A stretch of DNA of 64,000 nucleotides from an uncultured virus (IMG/VR IMGVR_UViG_3300037067_013258). Lineage: Duplodnaviria; Heunggongvirae; Uroviricota; Caudoviricetes. The position numbers were made by a program, and so were the translations under genes. Below are positions 37,544 through 45,505 of this stretch, piece after piece. The notes under the pieces are model-generated. The model was given only the letters and a program-made list of their open reading frames with translations. It made no database searches and had not been told where the DNA came from. How positions within the stretch are numbered: position 1 is the first letter of the stretch; each line of letters begins with the position of its first letter. The stretch lies in IMG/VR virus record IMGVR_UViG_3300037067_013258, one strand, 5' to 3'.

Positions 37544-37834
37544 ATGAATAAAAATAATGTGCCAGTGACAAATATCTGGTTTGATGGAAGTATTCTTATT
37601 TGTCGTATGATCCATGAGGATAACGGCTATGGATTATCATTAGGAAAAACTGGAATTGTACGGGAAATAAATAAACCTATTTCAGGATTAAGACATACTT
37701 CTGATACTGATCACGCAGAGCAGGTATTCAGATTGTATTTTGATAAAAAAGAATCTATCGATGCATTAATAACAGAACTAACTATATTAAGGTTAGAACA
37801 ATTTGAAAATTATACAATTGAATTTAAGGAGTAA
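37544..37834 (+). CDS. Hypothetical protein
   Basis: ORF track; RBS GGAGG. Confidence 0.6.
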   Translation: MNKNNVPVTNIWFDGSILICRMIHEDNGYGLSLGKTGIVREINKPISGLRHTSDTDHAEQVFRLYFDKKESIDALITELTILRLEQFENYTIEFKE

Positions 37835-37976
37835 CCATGAATAAGAAAACAAAAGTTAAACTTGCACCTAATTTTAAAAAAACTGTTGACGCTCTCAAAA
37901 AAACTCCTGAATATTGGATTGAAACAATTAAATTTGGAATTTCAGTTTTTTTCTTAAAATTATTTCGGAGGATAAA

Positions 37977-38423
37977 ATGAATGGTAAATCAAAACTTTTT
38001 TATAAAAAAACTATTGTCTCTTTTTTGTGGGTTGTTTCTATTGTGTTGTTTTTTATCGGCGGATATTTCTCCAATCGCACAAATCAAAGCAGAGGCGATA
38101 GCGATACAAAACAAATTGGCGCTATTGGAGCAGCAGAGAGTACGGGACTCACAGAAATTAACAGACTTAAAACTGAACTCGAAAAATCAACAAGACGAAA
38201 TATCGAGTCTGAAAAAATCATCTCTGGACTCCGAAAGGAAAATCGAGAAGTTACAAAAATTGCAGATAGCCTCCGCAGTCGGGAACTACATACAACGCAA
38301 ATGCTTGACGGGCTTATTACGGCAGACAGCCAGGAAACGGATGCTCTTGGTGCAATTAAGCGCTCTGCTCAAAACATTGAAGCAGTCTGTGAGTTTTTGG
38401 AAGACAACGGCTATAGTCGGTAG
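37977..38423 (+). CDS. N-terminal TM plus coiled-coil protein (i-spanin-like)
   Basis: Basic N-terminus, one TM segment, long coiled coil; GGAGG 5 nt upstream. Confidence 0.6.
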   Translation: MNGKSKLFYKKTIVSFLWVVSIVLFFIGGYFSNRTNQSRGDSDTKQIGAIGAAESTGLTEINRLKTELEKSTRRNIESEKIISGLRKENREVTKIADSLRSRELHTTQMLDGLITADSQETDALGAIKRSAQNIEAVCEFLEDNGYSR

Positions 38424-38466
38424 CCTGGCAGGGTTAGCGATTGGCTGGATATTGGGAGGATTGTAG
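37981..38466 (+). CDS. Signal peptide + coiled coil + C-terminal TM protein, overlapping in the +1 frame (spanin-like partner)
   Basis: KKLLSLFCGLFLLCCFLSA signal, heptads, C-terminal AIVGSLAGLAIGWILGGL; same GGAGG 9 nt upstream. Confidence 0.6.
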   Translation: MVNQNFFIKKLLSLFCGLFLLCCFLSADISPIAQIKAEAIAIQNKLALLEQQRVRDSQKLTDLKLNSKNQQDEISSLKKSSLDSERKIEKLQKLQIASAVGNYIQRKCLTGLLRQTARKRMLLVQLSALLKTLKQSVSFWKTTAIVGSLAGLAIGWILGGL

Positions 38467-39003
38467 AAATGATTTTTGAACATATAAAATGCCCTATAAA
38501 TAAATATACTTTTTCAGTAAAGCAAATCAGGGAATGGGTTGTTAAAAATTGCGAAAATTGTAACGGGAAGATATTAAATCTCTTCGCAGGATTAACAATC
38601 TTGCCTTTACTAAAAGAAGTAAGAAACGATATAGACAAAACAATGATAGCTGATTATTACATGGATGCTGTTGATTTTTTACGAATGGCAATAAATGATA
38701 AAATGATATTCGATGCTATTATCCTTGATCCACCTTACGCATATCGCAAATCAATGGAATTATATAATGGACATTTAAACAGCCGTTTTAAAATGGTTAA
38801 AGATTTAATCCCTGACGTATTAATAAAAAATGGTCGAGTTATAACACTTGGTTATCATTCGATAAGCATGGGGAAACAAAGAGGATTTTCCATAGAGGCT
38901 ATTGCACTATTTTCGCATGGTGGGGCAATTCACGACACAATTGGCACTGTGGAAGTGTATAATCATTAATTATTATCAGATATTGGGAGGATTGTAAAAA
39001 TGA
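38448..39003 (+). repeat. 25-bp direct repeats (38448-38472 and 38979-39003) flanking the MTase gene
   Basis: GATATTGGGAGGATTGTA(G/A)AAATGA, 24/25 identical. Confidence 0.9.
38469..38969 (+). CDS. DNA methyltransferase (N6-A/N4-C type)
   Basis: LNLFAG and ILDPPY. Confidence 0.8.
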   Translation: MIFEHIKCPINKYTFSVKQIREWVVKNCENCNGKILNLFAGLTILPLLKEVRNDIDKTMIADYYMDAVDFLRMAINDKMIFDAIILDPPYAYRKSMELYNGHLNSRFKMVKDLIPDVLIKNGRVITLGYHSISMGKQRGFSIEAIALFSHGGAIHDTIGTVEVYNH

Positions 39004-39287
39004 AAAAAGAAACAATTGAAAAAGGTAATATTATTCTAAAAGAAATAGAAACTATCAATCAGAAAATAGACACATTTAACCGAATAGCTGAAGACACCTT
39101 TAGCATTAATTTCCACGAAGAAGAAAACAAAATATATTGCCCTATTTTTGAAATCAAAAAGATGAAGGAGAACAAATATTCAGACATCTGCTTTCCTTCT
39201 GTGGATGAATTTTTTGATTTTTGGAAATCAAAGCTGGTAGCACATAAAAAAGAACTTGAATTGAAATTCAAAAATCTTAAAGATTAA
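39000..39287 (+). CDS. Hypothetical protein
   Basis: ORF track; RBS GGAGG. Confidence 0.6.
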   Translation: MKKETIEKGNIILKEIETINQKIDTFNRIAEDTFSINFHEEENKIYCPIFEIKKMKENKYSDICFPSVDEFFDFWKSKLVAHKKELELKFKNLKD

Positions 39288-39618
39288 AGGAGTGCAAAAA
39301 ATGGTTGTATTACAGTTTACTGACCAGGTTGATTTGAAAAATCTGGATTTGTGGGAACAAGGATATAATTACATTGAAGGTGAAAGTTTCATATAAAGCA
39401 AGGAAGGAGAATTAAAGTGGATCAACTTGCAATTCCAGTCTTGTTAAAAAATATGACCAGTTTTCGATCAGGGATTTCTCCTTTCGGTACAATTGATAAT
39501 CTGGTCGGATTTTCAAACGATATTTGTTTATGCATCGTAACAAAAAAGAGCGATGATGTTACGGACAAACAGATCATCGATATAGGATTTAAATGTTTTT
39601 TTGAATGAGGGTAAATAA

Positions 39619-40005
39619 ATGAAACAACAGGTTTTCAATAATGCAATGAAGGAATACAAAAAACTATGCAGATCTGCAAGTGCTGCTCTTGACTGGTACA
39701 ACAAATATGTCAAACCAGTTAATGGGTATAGCTGGGTATTTTTTGATAAAATAGATGATGACAACGATCTTTGTTTTTCAGGTCATAAATACTGGTCACA
39801 AGGTGGACATGAAGAGTATTATTTCAGTGTCGATAGCAGGGTGTTATATGACAAGGAATACAGAAAGCAACTCATAAACGGCCAAAAAGAAAAAATTGCC
39901 AGGGAAAAGGCAGCACAGGAAAAACACGACAGGGAAATTGCAGAAAAGAAAATCGAAAATGAAAAGGCTACATATTTACGGCTTAAGGAAAAATATGGAG
40001 AATGA
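39619..40005 (+). CDS. Hypothetical protein
   Basis: C-terminal YLRLKEKY, a frequent phage ending. Confidence 0.65.
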   Translation: MKQQVFNNAMKEYKKLCRSASAALDWYNKYVKPVNGYSWVFFDKIDDDNDLCFSGHKYWSQGGHEEYYFSVDSRVLYDKEYRKQLINGQKEKIAREKAAQEKHDREIAEKKIENEKATYLRLKEKYGE

Positions 40006-40235
40006 AAATGAAATGCAAAGATTTGAAAGCATTTATCAAAAAAAATAAATTGCATGTAGGTAAAAAAAGTTTTGAATTTGTGTTAAAAACGAGTTCAGAA
40101 AAATATAGGAAAAAACGTGATGCAAAATTATGGGAGTTTAAACCGATGGAACCGATAAAAACCAATTATAGGGCTTCATTTTATATGCATTATTTTTTAC
40201 CGGAAATTAATCATATTATAAATGTCAAAGCGTAA
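40002..40235 (+). CDS. Basic hypothetical protein
   Basis: ORF track; ATGA coupling. Confidence 0.5.
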   Translation: MKMKCKDLKAFIKKNKLHVGKKSFEFVLKTSSEKYRKKRDAKLWEFKPMEPIKTNYRASFYMHYFLPEINHIINVKA

Positions 40236-40246
40236 GGAGCAAGTCA

Positions 40247-40573
40247 ATGAACACTGAAAAATACACTACTAAAGAGTTAAAAAACTATTACATTTGTCGG
40301 TGTATTAATTGTGGATGGATAGGTCTATCAAGAGATACAAAAGGCGGAGAGTACAATGGTGACGATTATGATGATATTTTATGCCCAAAATGTGAATCAG
40401 ATAATATAGCGGAAGAAAATTTTACTTTTGGAATCCGTGTCAGAATAAAATGGCTATTAAAGAAAATATTTTTTATAGAACCTATAAAGAAATTAATCAA
40501 AGATTATAAATTTAATAAGTATTTAAAACAGCTTGAAAATGAATATAGAAAAAATGTAAAGGAGCAGACATGA
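40247..40573 (+). CDS. Zn-ribbon protein
   Basis: CINCGW...CPKCES. Confidence 0.65.
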   Translation: MNTEKYTTKELKNYYICRCINCGWIGLSRDTKGGEYNGDDYDDILCPKCESDNIAEENFTFGIRVRIKWLLKKIFFIEPIKKLIKDYKFNKYLKQLENEYRKNVKEQT

Positions 40574-41247
40574 ACACTGTAAAATATATTGTTGAAGCAC
40601 ACCAACAGGCGATTGATAGCGGGGATTATAGATGCTCGGAGTGTGGTGGTAAAGGCTGGAAAGTATTTATTAACACAAAATGGCCAAATTCAGAACCTTT
40701 TCAAGACAGAGAGCAATGTGTGCATTGCCAAGCAACCGGCATAGATCAAAATAAAAACATAGGTGAGCTGCTCATGGATATTGTGGGCAGTTTATGGAAG
40801 GTGACAGAAGCACACAGAAAAAATGACTTTACGCATGATTATTTTCCTGATAAGAATGATTTAGAGAAATATATCGGCATGTTTTTGCAGAATCCAGGAA
40901 AATGTAAATCAGGATTTGAAACCACCATTAAAGACACCTTCGAGGATAGTCTTGCCGACGTTTTTATAAGACTCTTTGATTTAATGGGTTATTTAAAAAT
41001 TGAAATTGGAGAAATTGTAGATTCATCCTTTAATTTTACCACAGATAATTTGTGTAATCAGATACTACATATCACAGGGCTGGTATATGATCTTGAAAAA
41101 AAACATGATTGGCATGGATTTTCTTTTTTATGTTGCATGTTGCATAAATTTTGTACCATTCACAACATCAATATTGAAAATCACATAATCGCAAAACTGG
41201 CATATAGCAAAATCGGGGCGTATAGACATGGGAAAGAAAACCAATAG
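40570..41247 (+). CDS. MazG-like protein with a DnaJ-type Zn-finger insert (catalytically degenerate?)
   Basis: CSECGGKG...CVHCQATG; KDTFEDSLADVFIRLFDL; YRHGK. Confidence 0.65.
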   Translation: MNTVKYIVEAHQQAIDSGDYRCSECGGKGWKVFINTKWPNSEPFQDREQCVHCQATGIDQNKNIGELLMDIVGSLWKVTEAHRKNDFTHDYFPDKNDLEKYIGMFLQNPGKCKSGFETTIKDTFEDSLADVFIRLFDLMGYLKIEIGEIVDSSFNFTTDNLCNQILHITGLVYDLEKKHDWHGFSFLCCMLHKFCTIHNINIENHIIAKLAYSKIGAYRHGKENQ

Positions 41248-41285
41248 ATCGTTGATCTATATATAATTTATCAAGGAGTAAATAA

Positions 41286-41666
41286 ATGGAATTTAAACAT
41301 CTTATCGAAGAGACTATGGGTAAAAAATGGGTCAAGCCAGCAATGGTTATCATCATGCTCATAGTTGCTTACATTTTTTTTGCATTGGTTTTTTCATTTT
41401 GGCCTTTTTTAATTATTCAAAAAGTAGCAAATGCCAATGCTATCATCCAAAATTATGAATGGTTTTATGACCAGTATAATAATATCGAAGCTCAGAAAGC
41501 TAATATTCAAATAATGAATATAAATGCGGAAGAGTTGCCTGGAATGAAAATGGTTTTAAATAAATCAATAGCAGAGTATAACTCAAAATCAAAACAGATT
41601 ACAAGGAATTTATGGAAGGCAGATGATTTGCCTTACCAAATAACAATAGAGGGAGTAAAAGAATGA
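41286..41666 (+). CDS. Membrane-anchored protein
   Basis: N-terminal TM; IQNYEWFYDQY...AEYNSKS. Confidence 0.7.
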   Translation: MEFKHLIEETMGKKWVKPAMVIIMLIVAYIFFALVFSFWPFLIIQKVANANAIIQNYEWFYDQYNNIEAQKANIQIMNINAEELPGMKMVLNKSIAEYNSKSKQITRNLWKADDLPYQITIEGVKE

Positions 41667-42163
41667 AAAAAATTTTAATGGTTTTATTTTTAATTTCTGT
41701 GCTTTTAGTATTATGCAGTTATAGCTGTGATTCCGCAAGAAGTACAATCGAAGAACAGCAAAAGCAAATGGCCATTGATTCGTTGACTGCTGTACCCATT
41801 CCAATTGTAAAATATTTTCAAGAAAAGAAAACGATAGCAGAATGGGCAAAGCGCTGGGATACACCGACTATTCCAACATACGTATATTTAATTTCATATG
41901 GTAAAATACTTGGTTATTATGTGTGTAACGGAAAACCGGCATCTACAAGATCCTACATAATGCCAGAAGAAAGCTACTATTATGAGGGTGCTGTCCTTTC
42001 AAATCCTGATATAGATGGAACATATGGGGATAATAATCCTGGCATAAGATTTTTTACAGCTGAAGGTGTTGCTGTTGAATGGGCAGGGGACGGTGCAAGT
42101 TATATCTACAGTGATGCCCCATTGCCTCTGGAAGTTCCCAGATTTAATGTTTCTAAAAAGTAA
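41663..42163 (+). CDS. Phage lipoprotein
   Basis: Signal peptide ending in Cys; DIDGTYGDN...FFT. Confidence 0.7.
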   Translation: MKKILMVLFLISVLLVLCSYSCDSARSTIEEQQKQMAIDSLTAVPIPIVKYFQEKKTIAEWAKRWDTPTIPTYVYLISYGKILGYYVCNGKPASTRSYIMPEESYYYEGAVLSNPDIDGTYGDNNPGIRFFTAEGVAVEWAGDGASYIYSDAPLPLEVPRFNVSKK

Positions 42164-42284
42164 AAGTGGAATAAATGTTTTTAAAGGTGTTGATTTTACA
42201 AGTTGTTAACTTGTTTACTATTTTATTTTAGGAGGAACCCCCTATAAGATAGCCAAAAATAATACTACTATTATAACCGCATTA

Positions 42285-42323
42285 AAAAGCCCGGTTAAAA
42301 GCAATAAACTTTTCCGGGCTTTT
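42285..42323. terminator. Bidirectional terminator between convergent blocks
   Basis: AAAAGCCCGG...CCGGGCTTTT. Confidence 0.75.
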
Positions 42324-42341
42324 AATTGATAAGAGGTTAGT

Positions 42342-42641
42342 TTATGTTAAGGGAGGATTCTCTTTTTTTACTTTAAACCTATCCACAATAAGATCATAAC
42401 CTAATGTAGTAATGGCAAGCAATAGAAAACAGGATTTAACAGTTAACACAATAATCGCAAGTGAAAAAGTGTAGCTATTCAATTCTATTGCATAACAAAA
42501 AGCCAGAAGTAAGCAAATGATAATTTGCAAAGTAGCATATTTGCATAACCCCTTTTTATTGCTGACATTTTTAATGAACTCTATTGCGCCAACTACACCT
42601 GCACCATATATTAATAAACTACTATCAGTAAATAATTCCAT
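42342..42641 (-). CDS. Holin
   Basis: 99 aa, 3 hydrophobic segments, charged tail, next to the lysin. Confidence 0.65.
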   Translation of the reverse strand: MELFTDSSLLIYGAGVVGAIEFIKNVSNKKGLCKYATLQIIICLLLAFCYAIELNSYTFSLAIIVLTVKSCFLLLAITTLGYDLIVDRFKVKKENPPLT

Positions 42642-42643
42642 GA

Positions 42644-43267
42644 TTACACCTTCCTTTTTAATTCAAAAAATGAAGGGGTGTACACATATTTTTTATTGAA
42701 AAAATCATTCAGTGTTCCGAAACCATTATAATAACCACCTTGACCAATCATCAACTCTAATTCAGATTTAGTGTTAAACTGTGGTGACACAATTCCAACA
42801 TGACACTGGTTTGCTCCCCGCCCTAATGCAGCAACTAGTACAGGAATACCGGCATTTGCTTTTAAAATAGTGTCTTTCCAGGTTAACTCAGTGCAATTGG
42901 TTTTATCTGCTTTTGCGTTTTCATACATTTCTTTTGCAGTTGTATAACCAATATCTTTATAAACCTTGTCCAGAATTGGAAGACAGTTGTATCCCATATT
43001 ATTAAGGATATGATAAGCAACAAAAGTACACCATGTCGCTTTACTAATACCAGAAACAAGTGAAACACCATAATCACTGATTAAACTTCTTACTTCCCTA
43101 TCTTTTCCAGAATACAACAGAAATCCTGGTTGATATTCTGGTAATTTAGAAACATCTATAATGCATTTGAAAAGTGTTATCATGGGATCTTTGGGGCTGA
43201 CCCCTGATGCTTTTGCTTGTCTTAAAAATGTTTCTACATATTCATAATTCTGTGATCTTAACTCCAT
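42644..43267 (-). CDS. Putative endolysin (CHAP/NlpC-P60-like Cys-His peptidase)
   Basis: TWCTFVA...HVGIV...IGQGG; adjacent to the holin. Confidence 0.6.
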   Translation of the reverse strand: MELRSQNYEYVETFLRQAKASGVSPKDPMITLFKCIIDVSKLPEYQPGFLLYSGKDREVRSLISDYGVSLVSGISKATWCTFVAYHILNNMGYNCLPILDKVYKDIGYTTAKEMYENAKADKTNCTELTWKDTILKANAGIPVLVAALGRGANQCHVGIVSPQFNTKSELELMIGQGGYYNGFGTLNDFFNKKYVYTPSFFELKRKV

Positions 43268-43291
43268 ACAATTGTACTCCTTTATTTTTAG

Positions 43292-43723
43292 TTACAACCA
43301 ACCCTTTGCTTTCATCATAGCCTGTACAAGTAATAGTACAGCAGGTGAAGCAAGTATGCTTAAAATTATGCTGATTATTTTAGGCCATGATAGTTTTTTT
43401 GGTGTAACAAGATTTTCGATTGTTTTCATACCATCCTGGATTTTCTTTTCCAAACTTTCAAAAAATTCTTGCAATTTTGCAATTTTGCTGTCACTTTGTT
43501 TTTGTGCAGTTTCAATTGTCTCCATTTTGAATTCGAGCTCCCTGATACGTATTTCTGCTTTAGAAATTCTGTCCTCATTGCTATCAGAAGATGTGATAAT
43601 GGTATTCAGTCTTTCACCAATGAATTTGAAATGTATTTCAAGTTTTTCACTTATGTTTTCTTTGATTTCTTTTTTTATATCATTTATTGCATCATAAAAT
43701 TCTTTCATGTCCATTTTATACAT
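43292..43723 (-). CDS. Coiled-coil protein with C-terminal TM (lysis-associated)
   Basis: Heptads followed by a hydrophobic C-terminus. Confidence 0.55.
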   Translation of the reverse strand: MYKMDMKEFYDAINDIKKEIKENISEKLEIHFKFIGERLNTIITSSDSNEDRISKAEIRIRELEFKMETIETAQKQSDSKIAKLQEFFESLEKKIQDGMKTIENLVTPKKLSWPKIISIILSILASPAVLLLVQAMMKAKGWL

Positions 43724-44204
43724 CCTCTGGTTTATTTATAATGTAATTAAGCACGTAAGCACCCAAATAGAAAAAAGATATTGTAATAACATTATTTAAA
43801 GAAATGTTAAAAATTGCAAATTTTATAAAAAGCACAAAGAAAAAAACGGGCATGGTTATTAAATACACTGCTTTTTTGTTCACACTTGAACTTTTATCAA
43901 AACAAGAAAGTGATAAAAAAATAAAAATGGCAGATCCAACATCTTTCTCACCTAAAAATGTGAAAAATAATCCTGCGATTAAATATAAAATACCATGGCA
44001 AGTCCAGGATTTCATGAATAAGAAAATCACAGACATTAGCCACAGTATAATAAAAGGTGCAGTGTAAAGAATGTATGTACTTATCACCGTATTTTTCAAT
44101 ATGGCATTGTAAATATTAAATGACATAAAAATAGTGAGTAGAAAAATGTTGATTATGCCAATCAATAAGACAATTGAAATTTTAAAAGCAGGAAATTTTA
44201 TCAT
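43716..44204 (-). CDS. Multi-pass membrane protein
   Basis: About 5-6 hydrophobic segments. Confidence 0.6.
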   Translation of the reverse strand: MIKFPAFKISIVLLIGIINIFLLTIFMSFNIYNAILKNTVISTYILYTAPFIILWLMSVIFLFMKSWTCHGILYLIAGLFFTFLGEKDVGSAIFIFLSLSCFDKSSSVNKKAVYLITMPVFFFVLFIKFAIFNISLNNVITISFFYLGAYVLNYIINKPEDV

Positions 44205-44654
44205 TTAGAGCATCCAAAATCCACTTGTTTCCGCAGCAGCAATCAGTTGATTTTCATAATCAGTAAACTCGACACTTTCTTTTTTCATAGTGGTGTCAAT
44301 TGACACATTACGTGCATCAATAGTTGCAACACTGTCAGTATCTGTATGCTCTGCTTTTCTATGTGCAAGGACAATTTTTTCAGCAAGCAATAAAAGTTTT
44401 CCTTTTAATTTTTTTGCATTGTACAGTTCTTCAGTTGTGTCATATTTGTAACCACCAAAATCAAACACAGCCAATTCAGCACGCACATGAGCGGGCAGAC
44501 TTCCAGGAATAAATGTCTTGTCCATGTATTCTTTATCGAACACCAGGGCTGCCATGTTTTTATTTAATTGTGGGTAGTTAAGTGGAAGACTATTGTAAAT
44601 AGTTTCCGTAAAATACTTTTTCAAATCCTTTAATGTAATTTTTTTTGTTTCCAT
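44205..44654 (-). CDS. Hypothetical protein
   Basis: ORF track; RBS AAGGAG. Confidence 0.6.
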   Translation of the reverse strand: METKKITLKDLKKYFTETIYNSLPLNYPQLNKNMAALVFDKEYMDKTFIPGSLPAHVRAELAVFDFGGYKYDTTEELYNAKKLKGKLLLLAEKIVLAHRKAEHTDTDSVATIDARNVSIDTTMKKESVEFTDYENQLIAAAETSGFWML

Positions 44655-44674
44655 AAACAAACTCCTTAAAAATA

Positions 44675-45418
44675 TTATTTTTCCCGTTTATACTGCATAA
44701 CGGCAGTCATCACAGGAGTACTGACACCCATTAGTTTTGCAAAGGTGTTAAAAGCAGGTATGTCTTTATCTAGACAAACTGATTTCCATCCTGGAGAGTC
44801 ATCATAAACAAAAGTATGTGACCTTGGAGCTCTAGGATCTTTTAAAAAAGCTTCTCTAACTTTGTGATAATCAATACCAAAAGCTTTTGCAACATTTGCA
44901 AATTCATTACAGAATGAAACCATCATTCCTAAATAACAATTTTCCATGTACTTTGCAAGCTCAGCTGTTTTTGCATCTGTATAATGAATATCAAATAGAG
45001 CAGAATGTTTTTTTATAAACACATTGGCAACCACATGACAATCTTTATCGTCACCACCAAGGGTGATAAAATTAAAATTGACTGTTAGATTGTGTATTGT
45101 TTCCCCGTAATATTCAGGAGAGAATACAATCCGCTTTTTATACTTTTCTTTTAATGCATCTGTGGTGCCGGGTGGAATAGTTGACCGTATACAAAAAACA
45201 TCAACATTTTCAGTTTCTTTGATCACACTTTCAACTATTGATGTGTTGCAAGTTCCATCCTCATTTTTTGGAGTTGGCACACAAACAAAAGCTACATCAT
45301 AATGCTTTCCAGGCTTTCTGCACAGCCCTTTTAATGGATCATGCACATCTGTATTAGGAAATTCTTTCAACATATTGCTTCCAACTACACCACAACCAAT
45401 AATTAAAATATTTTCCAT
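44675..45418 (-). CDS. UDP-glucose/GDP-mannose dehydrogenase family protein (short form)
   Basis: IIGCGVVG, FVCVPTP, RSTIPPGTT, FSPE, AELAKYMEN, CLDKD. Confidence 0.85.
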   Translation of the reverse strand: MENILIIGCGVVGSNMLKEFPNTDVHDPLKGLCRKPGKHYDVAFVCVPTPKNEDGTCNTSIVESVIKETENVDVFCIRSTIPPGTTDALKEKYKKRIVFSPEYYGETIHNLTVNFNFITLGGDDKDCHVVANVFIKKHSALFDIHYTDAKTAELAKYMENCYLGMMVSFCNEFANVAKAFGIDYHKVREAFLKDPRAPRSHTFVYDDSPGWKSVCLDKDIPAFNTFAKLMGVSTPVMTAVMQYKREK

Positions 45419-45505
45419 AAAAAATCCTTTCAATAATGATAATTAATCATTATTATAATTGATGTCAATACTAATAATAAAACCAGCAATTAAAAACAAG
45501 TTTCA

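Noticed and set aside
42173..42246. 23-aa hydrophobic peptide as a type I toxin
   Set aside because: Weak RBS, hydrophobicity expected from T-rich DNA, and no antisense evidence.
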